IMG/VR virus record: IMGVR_UViG_3300032323_002779 | Span: 1 to 64,000 of that record | Strand: one strand, 5' to 3' | Source of the DNA: a virus | Length of the DNA: 64,000 bases | Shown: positions 30,301 to 39,154 of the stretch, one piece after another | Numbering within the stretch: position 1 is the first letter of the stretch | How the letters are laid out: the number at the start of each line of letters is the position of its first letter | Position numbers and translations under genes: made by a program | Notes under the pieces: model-generated | What the model was told of the DNA's origin: nothing | The model's database searches: none | What the model saw: the letters and a program-made list of their open reading frames with translations, nothing else

Positions 30301-32735
30301 ATTACGGAAGAAAGTTGGGCGATTTTAAATCTCAAAAATATCCAATAATTACCAAAGAGCAATTAGAGAATCAATACAAAATGGCTGACGGCGGAAGTAC
30401 AGGTTCAGGTTTAGACCCTGTAAAAGTAAAAGTAGTTATGGCGGTAGGTCTTGATAGCGCAATTGAGTTCTATGATGCTGACTACCCAATCAGACCTTAT
30501 CAGTTACTTGAAAGAGCAGTAAGAGCAGGTTATATTACTCTTGACGAAATAAACGAAAGAGTTGTTGATTCTGCTATGGAAACTGCTCAAGATAGCGAAG
30601 ATATGGAGGAAGTCGGAAGTAGTGATTTTGGGGCTTATTTGCGTGATTTTTTAGACGAAGCAGGTTTTAAAGTTGGATATGTAAATGGTCGATTGACACG
30701 AGAGTATGCTAACGGCGGATTTATGAATGATGTTTATGCTAAAGGTGGTATATTTAATGACAATAACGCAAGTGTTTTTGGTTCTATTTTCCCGATTGGA
30801 ACTGAATTTAAAAGCGGAATTTACAGAACAAATATTGGAATAATAGGTGTTACCGATGTAAAAAACATTAATGGGTACGATTGGCATATTGTAACAAAAT
30901 TACCTTACTACGAGGGTGGTCTAACTACTTACGCTTATGCAGGTAAGTTTGTAAATGCAGGTAAATTACGTCCGCTTAATAACTACCATTATAAAAGCAA
31001 AGGCGACCCTATGATTAAATTATATAAGGATAAAAAAGAACCATTAAGAAATTCTGTAAAAAAGGTTGAAAAACAACATCTTTTGGCATTAGAAATTTTT
31101 AAAGAAAAAATGGAAAAAGGGGACTTTTCAGATAATAGTTTTGAAAATGATGTTTATGCTGACGGCGGATTTATGAATAATGTTTATGCTGACGGCGGTG
31201 GTGTTGATATGTTTTCAGAATTTGAATTAGACAAAAACGGAAATTTTTCTTCAACAATAAACGGTAAAAATTATGAAATAATTTACCGAGATGATAAAAG
31301 CCAATTGTATGACCTTTTTGAAAATGGAAAAAAAATAAGAAGCAGTAAATCTCTCCGTGATTTAATGAAATTTCAAAAATTTGCTGACGGCGGATTTATG
31401 AACGATGTTTATGCTGACGGTGGAGATTTAAGTGGTGTAGAACTGAATTTTACATTTGATACAGAGGGAGATGCTGAATATGAATATCCGCAAGAAGTTG
31501 AAAAAATTAGACTTTTGAGAGAAAGAATTAATTTTGATGAAGTTAGAGGTTCTATTGATTACGGAAAGACCAAAGACAATACTAATTTGGAGTTTTATAA
31601 AAACGGTAAATTGGTTATGACTTTGAAAGGAGATTACGATACCGCTTCTGAAATTTTAGATACTGATGTTGAAATTTTAGGTTCTAAACACAAAATTAAC
31701 TACCACCCTTACGATGGTATGGGAGGTGTAGATTACTACGCTCTTAAAAGCCAATTAGAAAAAACGGTTTTTGCTGACGGCGGAAGTACCGAGCAAAATA
31801 ATTGGTTAGAAAACCTACCTTATAAATTTGCTATTGATTTCGCTAATAAATTAGCAAAAAAAACACATAAAGACGTATTTGTTTACTACTATAAGCACGA
31901 TGATTCTTATGCGATAGACACAAAACCTTTAACTAATGAAAGAAAACACTATGAGTTAAAAGAAATCGTAAAATATTCGGACGGCGGTTTTATGAATGAT
32001 GTTTATGCTAAAGGTGGTTCAGCAGATAGTCTTTCTGTAAATAAAGCAAGTATTCTTTCTGCGACAAAAAAATGTACTGACGGAGATTCTGATAGAAGCA
32101 CTTGTCAAAGCGGAAATTTTGAAGTAACTATGGTTTATGATTACGGTACATTAGATTTAGATTTTGTTTATTTGGACTATAATAATCCAAGATTTAATCC
32201 GTCTAAAGAGCATTACGCTTCTTATAGTTTTACAAAAGGAGGTAAAGGAGTTTTAACTGATTTTGACCAAACTGTATATACTAAACAAGGAAGAAGAACA
32301 GATGCGAAAACAATTATTTCAAAAACTATTGATGTGTTAAAATCTTTAGGCTATCCTGTTGATTTAATTGTAGATTCAGATGGAGAGGAAATACAAGATG
32401 CTAAATATGCTAACGGCGGAATTTTTGACGACAATGACGGGTTTATGAGAGCAGACAATAATAGAAATTTCAGATACCCTGAAATGGAAGTTTATGTAGA
32501 AACTTTTGAAGAACCGATTGATTTGACGAGCAATATTAGTGTTCAAACAAATGAGGTTGTTGTTAGACCTCTTGACGAAGACATCGATTTAAGCGATGAT
32601 GGTAGAATAAGAGCAAGAATGACACAATCACATAGAGGTTCTGCTGAAAGTTTTTCTAAAATAAATCCAAGAGCATTTGAGTTTATTGGCGAAGAATTAC
32701 CAATGCCTATATCTCACACACATAAAAACGATTAA
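24390..32735 (+). CDS. 2781-aa GG-motif-segmented polyprotein-like protein
   Basis: Uninterrupted ORF with about 30 [FY][AE][DKN]GG-like motifs separating unrelated modules; basic N-terminus. Confidence 0.85.
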   Translation: MNATLLKKYETIDQSKVSEKDKKVLEQVKKLTNSFEETDEAKNKVAEKILDQITMLNPDAVKKPQVVAQKVAKAKKVAKAKKPATTSTAKGSGNNIMSVAKEIQKAGESWKDAMERAKQVLKERREKVVEQKKTELEKLYALVKTKKELQGFAKSDIQRDAVRDAKPRGARVVTKAGKTYNQYGEWDNKIGRKYWETRDRHSDRLAPNYPKDMPKLASGGAVSDAPFSVEVFKTKLRFDNQLPSSSKGDFPTFAKAKEFAIDMIDNGNYYAYINSKNGYLWGVDSKGVEQFADGGMFNTNVHSGTAFMDNAYFADGGELDDEMLKSIYSITELTSKREHKAYIALQNKNNKYDIIFEPYEKYINNREDYKDYKKLYQAGVRHLDGTPYYDNGGNVGQKKYQVQYNVGNVKYLVSFHDGIQKHKDGSNFYEIRTFNNKKDLEDFLNKLSKQGYREMGYNTAFDNGGMFEAPIAKMKEVKGKTVSVPVSEEIYSSEINEFVNYVDSFYGKKGIYAEDLNGGFTKAEIRKAVNKYIENLNSNGTWGGGDSLDRERVRQILQPSYSLLENGGGIDGGMNKLTIQDVSFANGGGVGKMPEWSVSITSEDGDTYDWVGFAKNEDDALYKAEQEAGFESVESGINEITDADGNKIEYANGGSLPFMTDPNFGNFQDTGMFESGGSMANLTEQEFLKQYFGVNVFTENPSQYFEIKKMSSSNDDKIDAFVKELKADGFTVKKRAYSDFTSVMGVKKKGSYELGGAFVMTDLAGHTGGSDGLGNPMPLSGTSGTYYTGLVGETGAMSSGELFARGGAVGDNVLGLKKGDIYKIIDTFHTASYDTTMSVFTFIDYEDKYGEIVLKSIPFPPNPKRKNDFIYVSDVSSDGIKILNDEEIGQVISRKYKNFVQNNYEAGGVMAQNQQVINDASQPYVITEAFGNPAQQLGMLAKGGSIENQYEGRTPEDVWDNWTEKQKIHFLLDHISNKEIVKSSNLEEICKLTGSELMDFENRKIIDGIKVVDIRNALVIHVREGQYAKGGSIPNNYEGREPEDIWNNWDLSQKLHFLSDHTEEVYGRISVKGETNDEINEFFGKLIYKKYEDLPLNTKFALVMHTTRGQYASGGSLGEELMGGQSNATLKPSGYHLVSAKGREIIVSDDGGNSKERWVKNNGFSGYRLVYKGNDYEFTDSFEGGGMFDPNVSDGTQFMNGVYANGGSIEEGDKVTITTSSLGKDYVGMSGTITSRKLLNDKYSVRLSNGLEMAFSKDEFKHNSINPRFAKGGFVGTVEFNAGDIVWQKDEKRYAFVMNNYGDPINGSSGEIRLDTTGNTPIFTYNKNFTKETGYNLVKLGEKGDTGKFTPEVLAEMKEQGKKYLDSAKSNKGSQQKENIAYIEKVVRRTLDGEFDDMVKPTISSETTYVPNADVKELSVVVKGELKNLTGSDIVNGVYIKNTGKSTPKADANAVFAKILKDAKEAKVGKSKKFDATDLKKINLEMVQKLVEAGYTEQQIRNIIFGYAFDNEIIADNELEYDNGIFSYEESYVAQKVDGLVQAKKENEFVLGIEYPDFDWQGIIKKYKISSKPKDLVRKLRAGSWGHTEYFYEVFVGENIVLGHNYGYKNFDADGKVKDDYIEKGKKVSDPTKQNAWQKEREYRAGFNGGYWYIVSSKIEIIDDVLKTLLAQKGGYCKEISFYDDNFAETLTENKISFADGGAIGIGKNGYVAFYKGKRIEVYADTMYEAQKTASQHFKARKDYDVNVVLAEVDGKPYINSTMFADGGSMSEDVSECKKLVSAFCKEFGDKFGLNEEAILEKVKFRDYLGYGASVFVSLSVSSNVTDLKVGETRPTGGYIIFTSDINPNGVTGKDDIARTYTIDIEIKGSKRYTQRRTEEGRYFKSYNYGRTIEEAMDKTDTKIIYDLYPLEKKDDLKFKMSHLFADGGGVSGKLESGVYRVGKPTKVSANLYEQKIAEIFDNGDISTASDYGRKLGDFKSQKYPIITKEQLENQYKMADGGSTGSGLDPVKVKVVMAVGLDSAIEFYDADYPIRPYQLLERAVRAGYITLDEINERVVDSAMETAQDSEDMEEVGSSDFGAYLRDFLDEAGFKVGYVNGRLTREYANGGFMNDVYAKGGIFNDNNASVFGSIFPIGTEFKSGIYRTNIGIIGVTDVKNINGYDWHIVTKLPYYEGGLTTYAYAGKFVNAGKLRPLNNYHYKSKGDPMIKLYKDKKEPLRNSVKKVEKQHLLALEIFKEKMEKGDFSDNSFENDVYADGGFMNNVYADGGGVDMFSEFELDKNGNFSSTINGKNYEIIYRDDKSQLYDLFENGKKIRSSKSLRDLMKFQKFADGGFMNDVYADGGDLSGVELNFTFDTEGDAEYEYPQEVEKIRLLRERINFDEVRGSIDYGKTKDNTNLEFYKNGKLVMTLKGDYDTASEILDTDVEILGSKHKINYHPYDGMGGVDYYALKSQLEKTVFADGGSTEQNNWLENLPYKFAIDFANKLAKKTHKDVFVYYYKHDDSYAIDTKPLTNERKHYELKEIVKYSDGGFMNDVYAKGGSADSLSVNKASILSATKKCTDGDSDRSTCQSGNFEVTMVYDYGTLDLDFVYLDYNNPRFNPSKEHYASYSFTKGGKGVLTDFDQTVYTKQGRRTDAKTIISKTIDVLKSLGYPVDLIVDSDGEEIQDAKYANGGIFDDNDGFMRADNNRNFRYPEMEVYVETFEEPIDLTSNISVQTNEVVVRPLDEDIDLSDDGRIRARMTQSHRGSAESFSKINPRAFEFIGEELPMPISHTHKND

Positions 32736-35700
32736 TTTAGAAATACTATGAAGTTATTTAATAAAACAATAGATAGACAATTATTTAGTCAATATTCACT
32801 TGGTAGCGACCTCTCTAAACAAGAGGTTGTTGTCAAGATATTTAATCCTCAAGGCGCAGGGACGTGGTTTATATTAAATTCCGACCCTGAAGACCCTGAT
32901 TACCTTTGGGCTATTGTTGATTTGGGGTATGGTGCTGAAGTTGGTTCGGTTAGCCGTAGTGACCTTGAAAATTATCGTGGTCGATTTGGATTAGGCTTTG
33001 AGCGTGATTTGTCTTTTGACCCTATAAACGCATTAGAACTTTATCAAGGGCTTCTTAATGGAGAATATTATGCTGACGGCGGAAACCTTTCAAGAGATAG
33101 AAAATTCTTGAATCATAGACAGAAATACGAAGTTCGTTATTCAAAGGGTAAAAATCGAAAAGGTTATGGTTATGCTGACGGTGGGGATATTTCAAGCGAA
33201 TTACAAGATTTGTTTTCTAAAATGAAAAACAGTTTAAGTAAAAAAGATTTTGATTCTTTTAATGAATTATCTAATCAAGTTCACGAAATATCTGATTCAA
33301 GGGGATTAAATGAAGAGGAGTACGATTTATGGGATTCTTTAAGAGAAGAAGAAAGAAACTTGCAAATGGAAAATTTTTTAAATAAATCTAAATATGCTGA
33401 CGGTGGCGACATTGAAAGTTTTAGCGATAACCAACGTATGATTATGAATCAAAACGTTGAGGTAGAGCATCATCACGAGGAATTAGAGGATATTTTAGAA
33501 GACGAAGTAGAAGTACCTGCTTGGGTTGTCGCAAAAATGGAAACCGCAACACAAAACCTTTCAGACATTACTCATTACCTTGACGGACAAAAAGAGATAA
33601 TGGAAGACCAATTAGAGGGAGATGATGACGATGATGACGATGATGACGATGATGATGAAATGACGGAAATCGAAAACAAAGAAGTTGTCGAACCAATAAA
33701 TGTTTCTGCGGGAACAAAGGCAGAATTGACTAAAAAGTTTACTGATGATGCTTGGGGGAACTTGAGAGGTTTCTTGAAAGGTATGGAGGGAATTGACCTG
33801 CGTGACGATTATACGTTTGATTACAAGGACGAACAGTTTGAAGTTGAGCCAATCATTAACTCTGATGAAAATGGTGTTTCTAATGCCGTGTTTACGATTT
33901 TTGACGGGGACGGAGAAGAACAAGGAGAGATTAGTTATAGCCGTGAGGGTGGAAAACAAAAGTTTACTGCTAACTCTGATTATTTTGAGTGGAGAAATGC
34001 GAAGTTTGAAGACGGCGGGTATTTTGACGGAACTATCCCGAATGTTTCAACCTATATGAGTACTTATGCTGATGGTGGAGAAATAAATCTTTGGAAGAGC
34101 GAACCAAATAACAAACCTGAAAAATTAAAAACTTTTAAATCATTACGGGCTTTTAATGCGTATATGACTAAAAACGCTAAATCCTTTAGAGATGAACATT
34201 CTAAAAATGGTGCAGGATTTTATGGGTTTGAAGCAGATGCTACTCAACAAGAAGTTGAAAGAAGTTTAGAAAATTTATATACTTCTGAAAATCAATATGC
34301 TGACGGTGGATTTATGGCTAATGTTTACGCAAAAGGCGGAGAAATTGCCAAAGCAGAAATTCTTGGTTTGAGCAAAAACATAATGGGAACTACTGATATT
34401 GAAATGAAAATTTCAGGAATGAGAAAATCTCAAGACTTCATTGTTTACCCAATTAGCAAAGACGATACAGATAAAATTATTACTATTCAATCTTCTACGA
34501 GAATTGGTAAAATTGATTTAAGTTCAGGTCGTGGATTAATGAGCCAAAGCCATTCTAACGGTGCTTACTTTGTGCATTTCCAAATGGACAAACTTACTCC
34601 TTTTATGTTAAGTGAAAGTGATTTACAAGACCTAAAATCTCACATATTTAAAACTGCGGGAGATAATGTAGGTTCGAGAGGTATTGTTTCTGATAATTCA
34701 GGGGCTTCAAGAATATTTGCTGACGGAGGAGAAGTTACGCCAAAATTAAATATGGAAATAACAAAAAGAGCAGAAGAAATTTATGCTAAAAATGGCGGTA
34801 AAACAAAAAAAGACTTTGACATAGCGTATGATAAGGCAATAAAAGAATTTGGCTACGACCCTGAATATTTCAAAAAAGAAATGCGGGAAATTGGTTCAGA
34901 ATATGGGTCTGAAGATGATGATTTTTACGCAAAAGGCGGAGAAGTTTATTCGCACAAACATAGTAAAGGTTGGGGCGAGGACATAACTATTGAGTTGTTA
35001 CAACCTACGGCTAAAGGTTGGAAAGTTAAGCAAACCACTAAAAAAGGAAGAAAAACATCAACCAAAACTGCCTTTTTCAGTAAAGAAGAAATAAGCGAAC
35101 TATTTGAAAAACAATATGCAAAAGGGGGAATTACTTACTACAAAAGCGAAAATGAACGTTTAAGCAGACCTAAAAGCGATATGGAGGAAGAGGTTTTTCA
35201 AAAAGTAAAAAACCAAATCAACCCTGAATTATTTGTTGGGAACTTTGGTTGGAAAACCCCGATGAACAAAACTACTTATGGGTATTTGTATTCGTTGGAC
35301 GACTTCGACAAAGATTATGTGAAAGACGTAAAACTTAAACAGGGAGAGGTAATTTTTAGATACGTCACTCGTATTACGGCTATTGGCGGAATGATGCCTT
35401 TTATTAAGATAAACATTGAAAAAGGGCTTTTGTATTTTCCTGTTTCAAACGATAATGATGATATAATTTTTGAAACAAAAGGCGTGACTCCGTTGTGGAT
35501 AAGTTTAATCGAGGATAGTTTCGCTAAAGGCGGAATTGTTGTTACTTCAATCAAAGATATACCGAATTTTGAGGAAAGGTTGAATCAAGGTAAAATAACT
35601 TATCGTGGATTAGGTTTGGGCAAATTATTTGATGATTTCTATGAATTAACAGGAACAACGGGAACAAGAATAAAAGTTGACGGAAAAGAATACTATATTA

Positions 35701-36182
35701 CCGATGAAGAATTTAAAACTTTCTCAAGAGATGCTGACGGAAAATTGAGAGTCCGTTTTGATGCGCCTTATAGAAAAGGATATGCTAACGGTGGAGGGAT
35801 AGGTTTTATTCCTATGGATTTAGAAGAAACTTTGCGTATTACGGCTAAATGGGGCGGAACTGACATCAAGGGTGTTATTGGTATTTTAAATGCTATGATT
35901 GATTCAGGTTTGACAGACGAAGATTTACAACCAAAACCAACAAAATCGGGTAGCGCATATCAAAACGCACTCGCAAAAAAGACAAAAGAAATTTGGGCTA
36001 AAATTGAGCCGAATTACAAAGGCGACTTCAAAGGCTATATGTATTATAGCACTATTCTTCACTTGGTTGAAAGGTCAACAACTTCTGATAATACTTTGAA
36101 GCGATTTAAACCTTTCAGAAAGTATCAAAAAGATTCTTATGCTGACGGTGGTTTTATGAATGATGTTTATGCTGACGGCGGA
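30705..36182 (+). repeat. Six dispersed 45-bp repeats encoding YADGGFMNDVYA[DK]GG
   Basis: Copies start at about 30705, 31155, 31380, 31974, 34296 and 36138, spread across two genes. Confidence 0.9.
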
Positions 36183-37001
36183 CAAATCAGAGTTGGCGAC
36201 AGATTTAAGTACGATTGGACTGACGGCAGAACAGGTGGTGTGAGAGGTTATGATGTTGTTGAGGTAATAAAAAGCAACGCCACAAGTAGCAGGGACTTCA
36301 AAACTAAAGTTATGGTTTTGAAAGTAATTGAAAGTTCAGACCCAAGCAACGTTGGACGAATAGATGAAGACCTTAAACCAAGTTTCAAAAAAGCAATTAG
36401 ATTAGGTATGATAGTGCCGTTGCAAGAAAGAAGAAGAAAAATGGTTGACGAATTTTACGCTAAAGGAGGAATGTCAAAATTTGAGAAACTTTCTGCTAAA
36501 GTGGCTAAAGAGTACGAGGGTAAACCCGTAAAAAGCGAATATCAAGACGAATACGGTAAAGTTTATTCTAAAGCGGAGGCGCAAGAAGTGGGCGACAAAG
36601 TTGCAGGAAAAGTAAAGGCGATGCAAACTGATAAAAAATCATTTGGAGGCTTTTTTAGCGGGGCGAAAAAGTTGGTAACTCCGAGCAAAAATTACCCTAA
36701 TTTAAGAGGCAAACAGGTTATGCTAAAGTCAGGTAAATATGTTCAGGTTTTTGAACAAATGGACAACAAAATAAGTATTGTAGAGTTGGGCAAAATAGGT
36801 TCAGGCGTAAGACCACATTATATTGACATTTCTGAAGTTGATATGGATTCTTTTAAAGCAGGAGGTAAAATTGCAAGGAAAAGAGTGAACGGCGGAACTG
36901 AAACCCTAAAAAGAGCAAATGAATTGGCTAAAAAAATCCGTAAAGACGGAGAAAGTTGGTTAGACGCTAAAAAAAGAGCGTTTGCGCAATTGAAAAAATA
37001 A
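32748..37001 (+). CDS. 1417-aa GG-motif-segmented protein with N-terminal DUF2958-like module
   Basis: KIFNPQGAGTWF...AEVGSVSRSDLE...FERDLSF; about 16 GG motifs; poly-Asp tract; basic C-terminus. Confidence 0.85.
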   Translation: MKLFNKTIDRQLFSQYSLGSDLSKQEVVVKIFNPQGAGTWFILNSDPEDPDYLWAIVDLGYGAEVGSVSRSDLENYRGRFGLGFERDLSFDPINALELYQGLLNGEYYADGGNLSRDRKFLNHRQKYEVRYSKGKNRKGYGYADGGDISSELQDLFSKMKNSLSKKDFDSFNELSNQVHEISDSRGLNEEEYDLWDSLREEERNLQMENFLNKSKYADGGDIESFSDNQRMIMNQNVEVEHHHEELEDILEDEVEVPAWVVAKMETATQNLSDITHYLDGQKEIMEDQLEGDDDDDDDDDDDDEMTEIENKEVVEPINVSAGTKAELTKKFTDDAWGNLRGFLKGMEGIDLRDDYTFDYKDEQFEVEPIINSDENGVSNAVFTIFDGDGEEQGEISYSREGGKQKFTANSDYFEWRNAKFEDGGYFDGTIPNVSTYMSTYADGGEINLWKSEPNNKPEKLKTFKSLRAFNAYMTKNAKSFRDEHSKNGAGFYGFEADATQQEVERSLENLYTSENQYADGGFMANVYAKGGEIAKAEILGLSKNIMGTTDIEMKISGMRKSQDFIVYPISKDDTDKIITIQSSTRIGKIDLSSGRGLMSQSHSNGAYFVHFQMDKLTPFMLSESDLQDLKSHIFKTAGDNVGSRGIVSDNSGASRIFADGGEVTPKLNMEITKRAEEIYAKNGGKTKKDFDIAYDKAIKEFGYDPEYFKKEMREIGSEYGSEDDDFYAKGGEVYSHKHSKGWGEDITIELLQPTAKGWKVKQTTKKGRKTSTKTAFFSKEEISELFEKQYAKGGITYYKSENERLSRPKSDMEEEVFQKVKNQINPELFVGNFGWKTPMNKTTYGYLYSLDDFDKDYVKDVKLKQGEVIFRYVTRITAIGGMMPFIKINIEKGLLYFPVSNDNDDIIFETKGVTPLWISLIEDSFAKGGIVVTSIKDIPNFEERLNQGKITYRGLGLGKLFDDFYELTGTTGTRIKVDGKEYYITDEEFKTFSRDADGKLRVRFDAPYRKGYANGGGIGFIPMDLEETLRITAKWGGTDIKGVIGILNAMIDSGLTDEDLQPKPTKSGSAYQNALAKKTKEIWAKIEPNYKGDFKGYMYYSTILHLVERSTTSDNTLKRFKPFRKYQKDSYADGGFMNDVYADGGQIRVGDRFKYDWTDGRTGGVRGYDVVEVIKSNATSSRDFKTKVMVLKVIESSDPSNVGRIDEDLKPSFKKAIRLGMIVPLQERRRKMVDEFYAKGGMSKFEKLSAKVAKEYEGKPVKSEYQDEYGKVYSKAEAQEVGDKVAGKVKAMQTDKKSFGGFFSGAKKLVTPSKNYPNLRGKQVMLKSGKYVQVFEQMDNKISIVELGKIGSGVRPHYIDISEVDMDSFKAGGKIARKRVNGGTETLKRANELAKKIRKDGESWLDAKKRAFAQLKK

Positions 37002-37002
37002 T

Positions 37003-37683
37003 ATGAACAAGAAATTATTTTATACCGTAACCACATTGATTGGGATTACTATAATTTATTTTACAGTTAAGAAATTCTTCGGCAAAAAGGCGCAACCTGT
37101 TGGTAGCGTTCTTTTTGTTGGGGATTCTATTACTGCAATCGAACACGATGGAAAACCTGTTACCACTACATATCCAAACATCATAAAAAAAGAGTTAGAA
37201 CCTAAAGGGGTCAAAGTTGATGTTGTGGCGCAGGGCGGTAAAAGAACTGATTGGATATTGGCTAATTTAATTGAAAAATTAAAAACTAACACTTACGACA
37301 GAGTTTATATCTACGGAGGGGTTAACGATATGTTTAGTGCGGTTTCCAAACAAAGAGCATTGCAAAACGTTCAGAAAATGGTTGATTTAATAAAAAGCAA
37401 GGGCGCAGAGCCGTTTGTAATTATTGGATATGATGCAGAAACTTTTATGGACAATGACAAGTTAAAACCAACAAGTTATGTTCCCACTAAAGCAGGAATG
37501 ATAGAATTAAAAAAGAAATATGTTGATTACCAAAATTCGATAGCAGACACTATTAAGGGGGCTACTATTGTTGAAAAGTTCAACATACCAAGCAGTATGA
37601 CCACCGATGCAATACACCCGACACCAAGAGGGCAAAAAATCATCGCAGAAAAACTTTTAGAAAACTTGAGTAAAAGCGTGTAA
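37003..37683 (+). CDS. Membrane-anchored SGNH/GDSL esterase
   Basis: N-terminal TM segment; GDSIT, GGVND and DAIHP catalytic motifs. Confidence 0.9.
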   Translation: MNKKLFYTVTTLIGITIIYFTVKKFFGKKAQPVGSVLFVGDSITAIEHDGKPVTTTYPNIIKKELEPKGVKVDVVAQGGKRTDWILANLIEKLKTNTYDRVYIYGGVNDMFSAVSKQRALQNVQKMVDLIKSKGAEPFVIIGYDAETFMDNDKLKPTSYVPTKAGMIELKKKYVDYQNSIADTIKGATIVEKFNIPSSMTTDAIHPTPRGQKIIAEKLLENLSKSV

Positions 37684-37705
37684 AACAAAAAGAATGTAAT
37701 AATTA

Positions 37706-37734
37706 TTTGCATATCTAATAATTTTTTATATTTG
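37706..37734 (+). promoter_or_regulatory. Bacteroidota-type promoter
   Basis: TTTG-N17-TATATTTG upstream of ATG 37769. Confidence 0.55.
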
Positions 37735-37768
37735 TAAATTAAATTAACTTTATTAAGTTCAAAACACT

Positions 37769-38263
37769 ATGGAAACAATTAATGATTTATTAAGAGCGTT
37801 GGACAACAAAGTACCTGCTTCAATTGCTAAAAGATTAGACGGTTTAAGTAAACTGAATGATAAATTAGTATTAGCAAGACAGGAAAATAGTGAAAATCCA
37901 ACAGAGGAATCGCAAGAGAAATTAGAACAGATTATTGAATTCATCTCGGACACCCAAGAGGATTTAAGAGAAGATTTGGCTGAACTTGTTGCTAAAAAAA
38001 GAGAGGCGGACGCAAAAGCCCGTCAAATTGCTAAAAACAAAGCAGATGCAGAGGCTAAAAAATTAGAGGAAGCAGAAGCCCTTAAAGCAAAGGAAAAAGA
38101 AGAATTAGAGCAGAAAGAATTATTGGAAAAACAAGCACTTGAGGCTACTCCAACAACTGACCCAAAAAAGAAGTCAGGAATTGGTTGGGGAGGTTTAGTT
38201 TTAGGAGGTGCGTTATTAATTCTTTCCGCAGGTGCAATAAACTATTTTGGAAAAAAACGATAA
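37769..38263 (+). CDS. Coiled-coil protein with C-terminal TM anchor
   Basis: E/K/A-rich helix followed by GWGGLVLGGALLILSAGAINYFGKKR. Confidence 0.75.
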   Translation: METINDLLRALDNKVPASIAKRLDGLSKLNDKLVLARQENSENPTEESQEKLEQIIEFISDTQEDLREDLAELVAKKREADAKARQIAKNKADAEAKKLEEAEALKAKEKEELEQKELLEKQALEATPTTDPKKKSGIGWGGLVLGGALLILSAGAINYFGKKR

Positions 38264-38431
38264 ATGACAAAAGCGCAAAAAATTTTATTAGTAGTAGGCA
38301 TTATAGGTGTTGGAATCGGAGGCTTTGTTCTCACGAAATACCTTACTCGTAACGTTAGAAAAATTCGAGGAGGAACTATTACGTTACAAACGTATGATAC
38401 TCCTCCAAGTGAAGAACCTTTAAGCGAATAA
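38264..38431 (+). CDS. Small membrane protein (55 aa, not in track)
   Basis: MTKAQKILLVVGIIGVGIGGFVLTKY...; abuts both neighbours. Confidence 0.7.
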   Translation: MTKAQKILLVVGIIGVGIGGFVLTKYLTRNVRKIRGGTITLQTYDTPPSEEPLSE

Positions 38432-38433
38432 TT

Positions 38434-39144
38434 ATGGGAAAGTACACGAAAATAGAGTTTAAAGTACCTGATGTTAATAGAAGTTTTGCGCAGGGAAGTT
38501 ATAAATATTCAAACCAAAGTGTGATTACGGCAAATACTGCTTTATTAAAAAAAATAGTCAGCACCTATTCACGCCAAATAAACACTTGGGGAGAAGAATT
38601 TGAAATTGATAATTCTATAATTGCGAGTTTTATTGCAACCGAAAGCGGAGGCAAAAACTCTCCTCCAAATAAATTCGATGCAACAGGTCTTATGCAAGTT
38701 ACCCCAAATGCAGTTTGGGAAACTATTGCTAAATGGAGAGTAATGGTAGATTCTCCGTTATCCGAAAAAGCAAAATCTTTTTTCAACAAAGTTATTCCGT
38801 CAAGCAAAAATTATAGTCCAAATAAATTGCCAACTTCTGCTATTAGAAGTGAAATACTTTTGGCATTACAAAAAAATCCTGAATTTAATATCGCAATAGG
38901 TACTGCGCTTTTAAGATGGCTTTTAGAAGCATTTAAAGACGGAAACACTACTCACTTAAATAAAGTAATGGTTTCTTATAACGCAGGTTACTACTCTATG
39001 AGAAATAAAGTCAAAGGCAAATTGACTACGGCAGAATTGCTTAACAACAAGTCAATTCCTTTTGAAAGCAGAGCGTATCTTTTAAAGATGTTAGGTATAA
39101 ATGGATTTTTAGATTTGTGGTTTAAGAGTAATATAAACGTTTAA
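38434..39144 (+). CDS. Lytic transglycosylase (SLT family)
   Basis: IATESGG, ATGLMQV and SYNAG. Confidence 0.9.
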   Translation: MGKYTKIEFKVPDVNRSFAQGSYKYSNQSVITANTALLKKIVSTYSRQINTWGEEFEIDNSIIASFIATESGGKNSPPNKFDATGLMQVTPNAVWETIAKWRVMVDSPLSEKAKSFFNKVIPSSKNYSPNKLPTSAIRSEILLALQKNPEFNIAIGTALLRWLLEAFKDGNTTHLNKVMVSYNAGYYSMRNKVKGKLTTAELLNNKSIPFESRAYLLKMLGINGFLDLWFKSNINV

Positions 39145-39154
39145 AATTAAAAAT

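Noticed and set aside
30705-36182. 45-bp repeats as a CRISPR array
   Set aside because: They are in frame within coding sequence, irregularly spaced hundreds to thousands of bp apart, and no cas genes are present.
24390-37001. Giant ORFs as tape-measure, tail-fibre or virion RNA polymerase genes
   Set aside because: There is no long helical periodicity, fibre repeat or recognisable polymerase motif; the proteins are mosaics of short modules.
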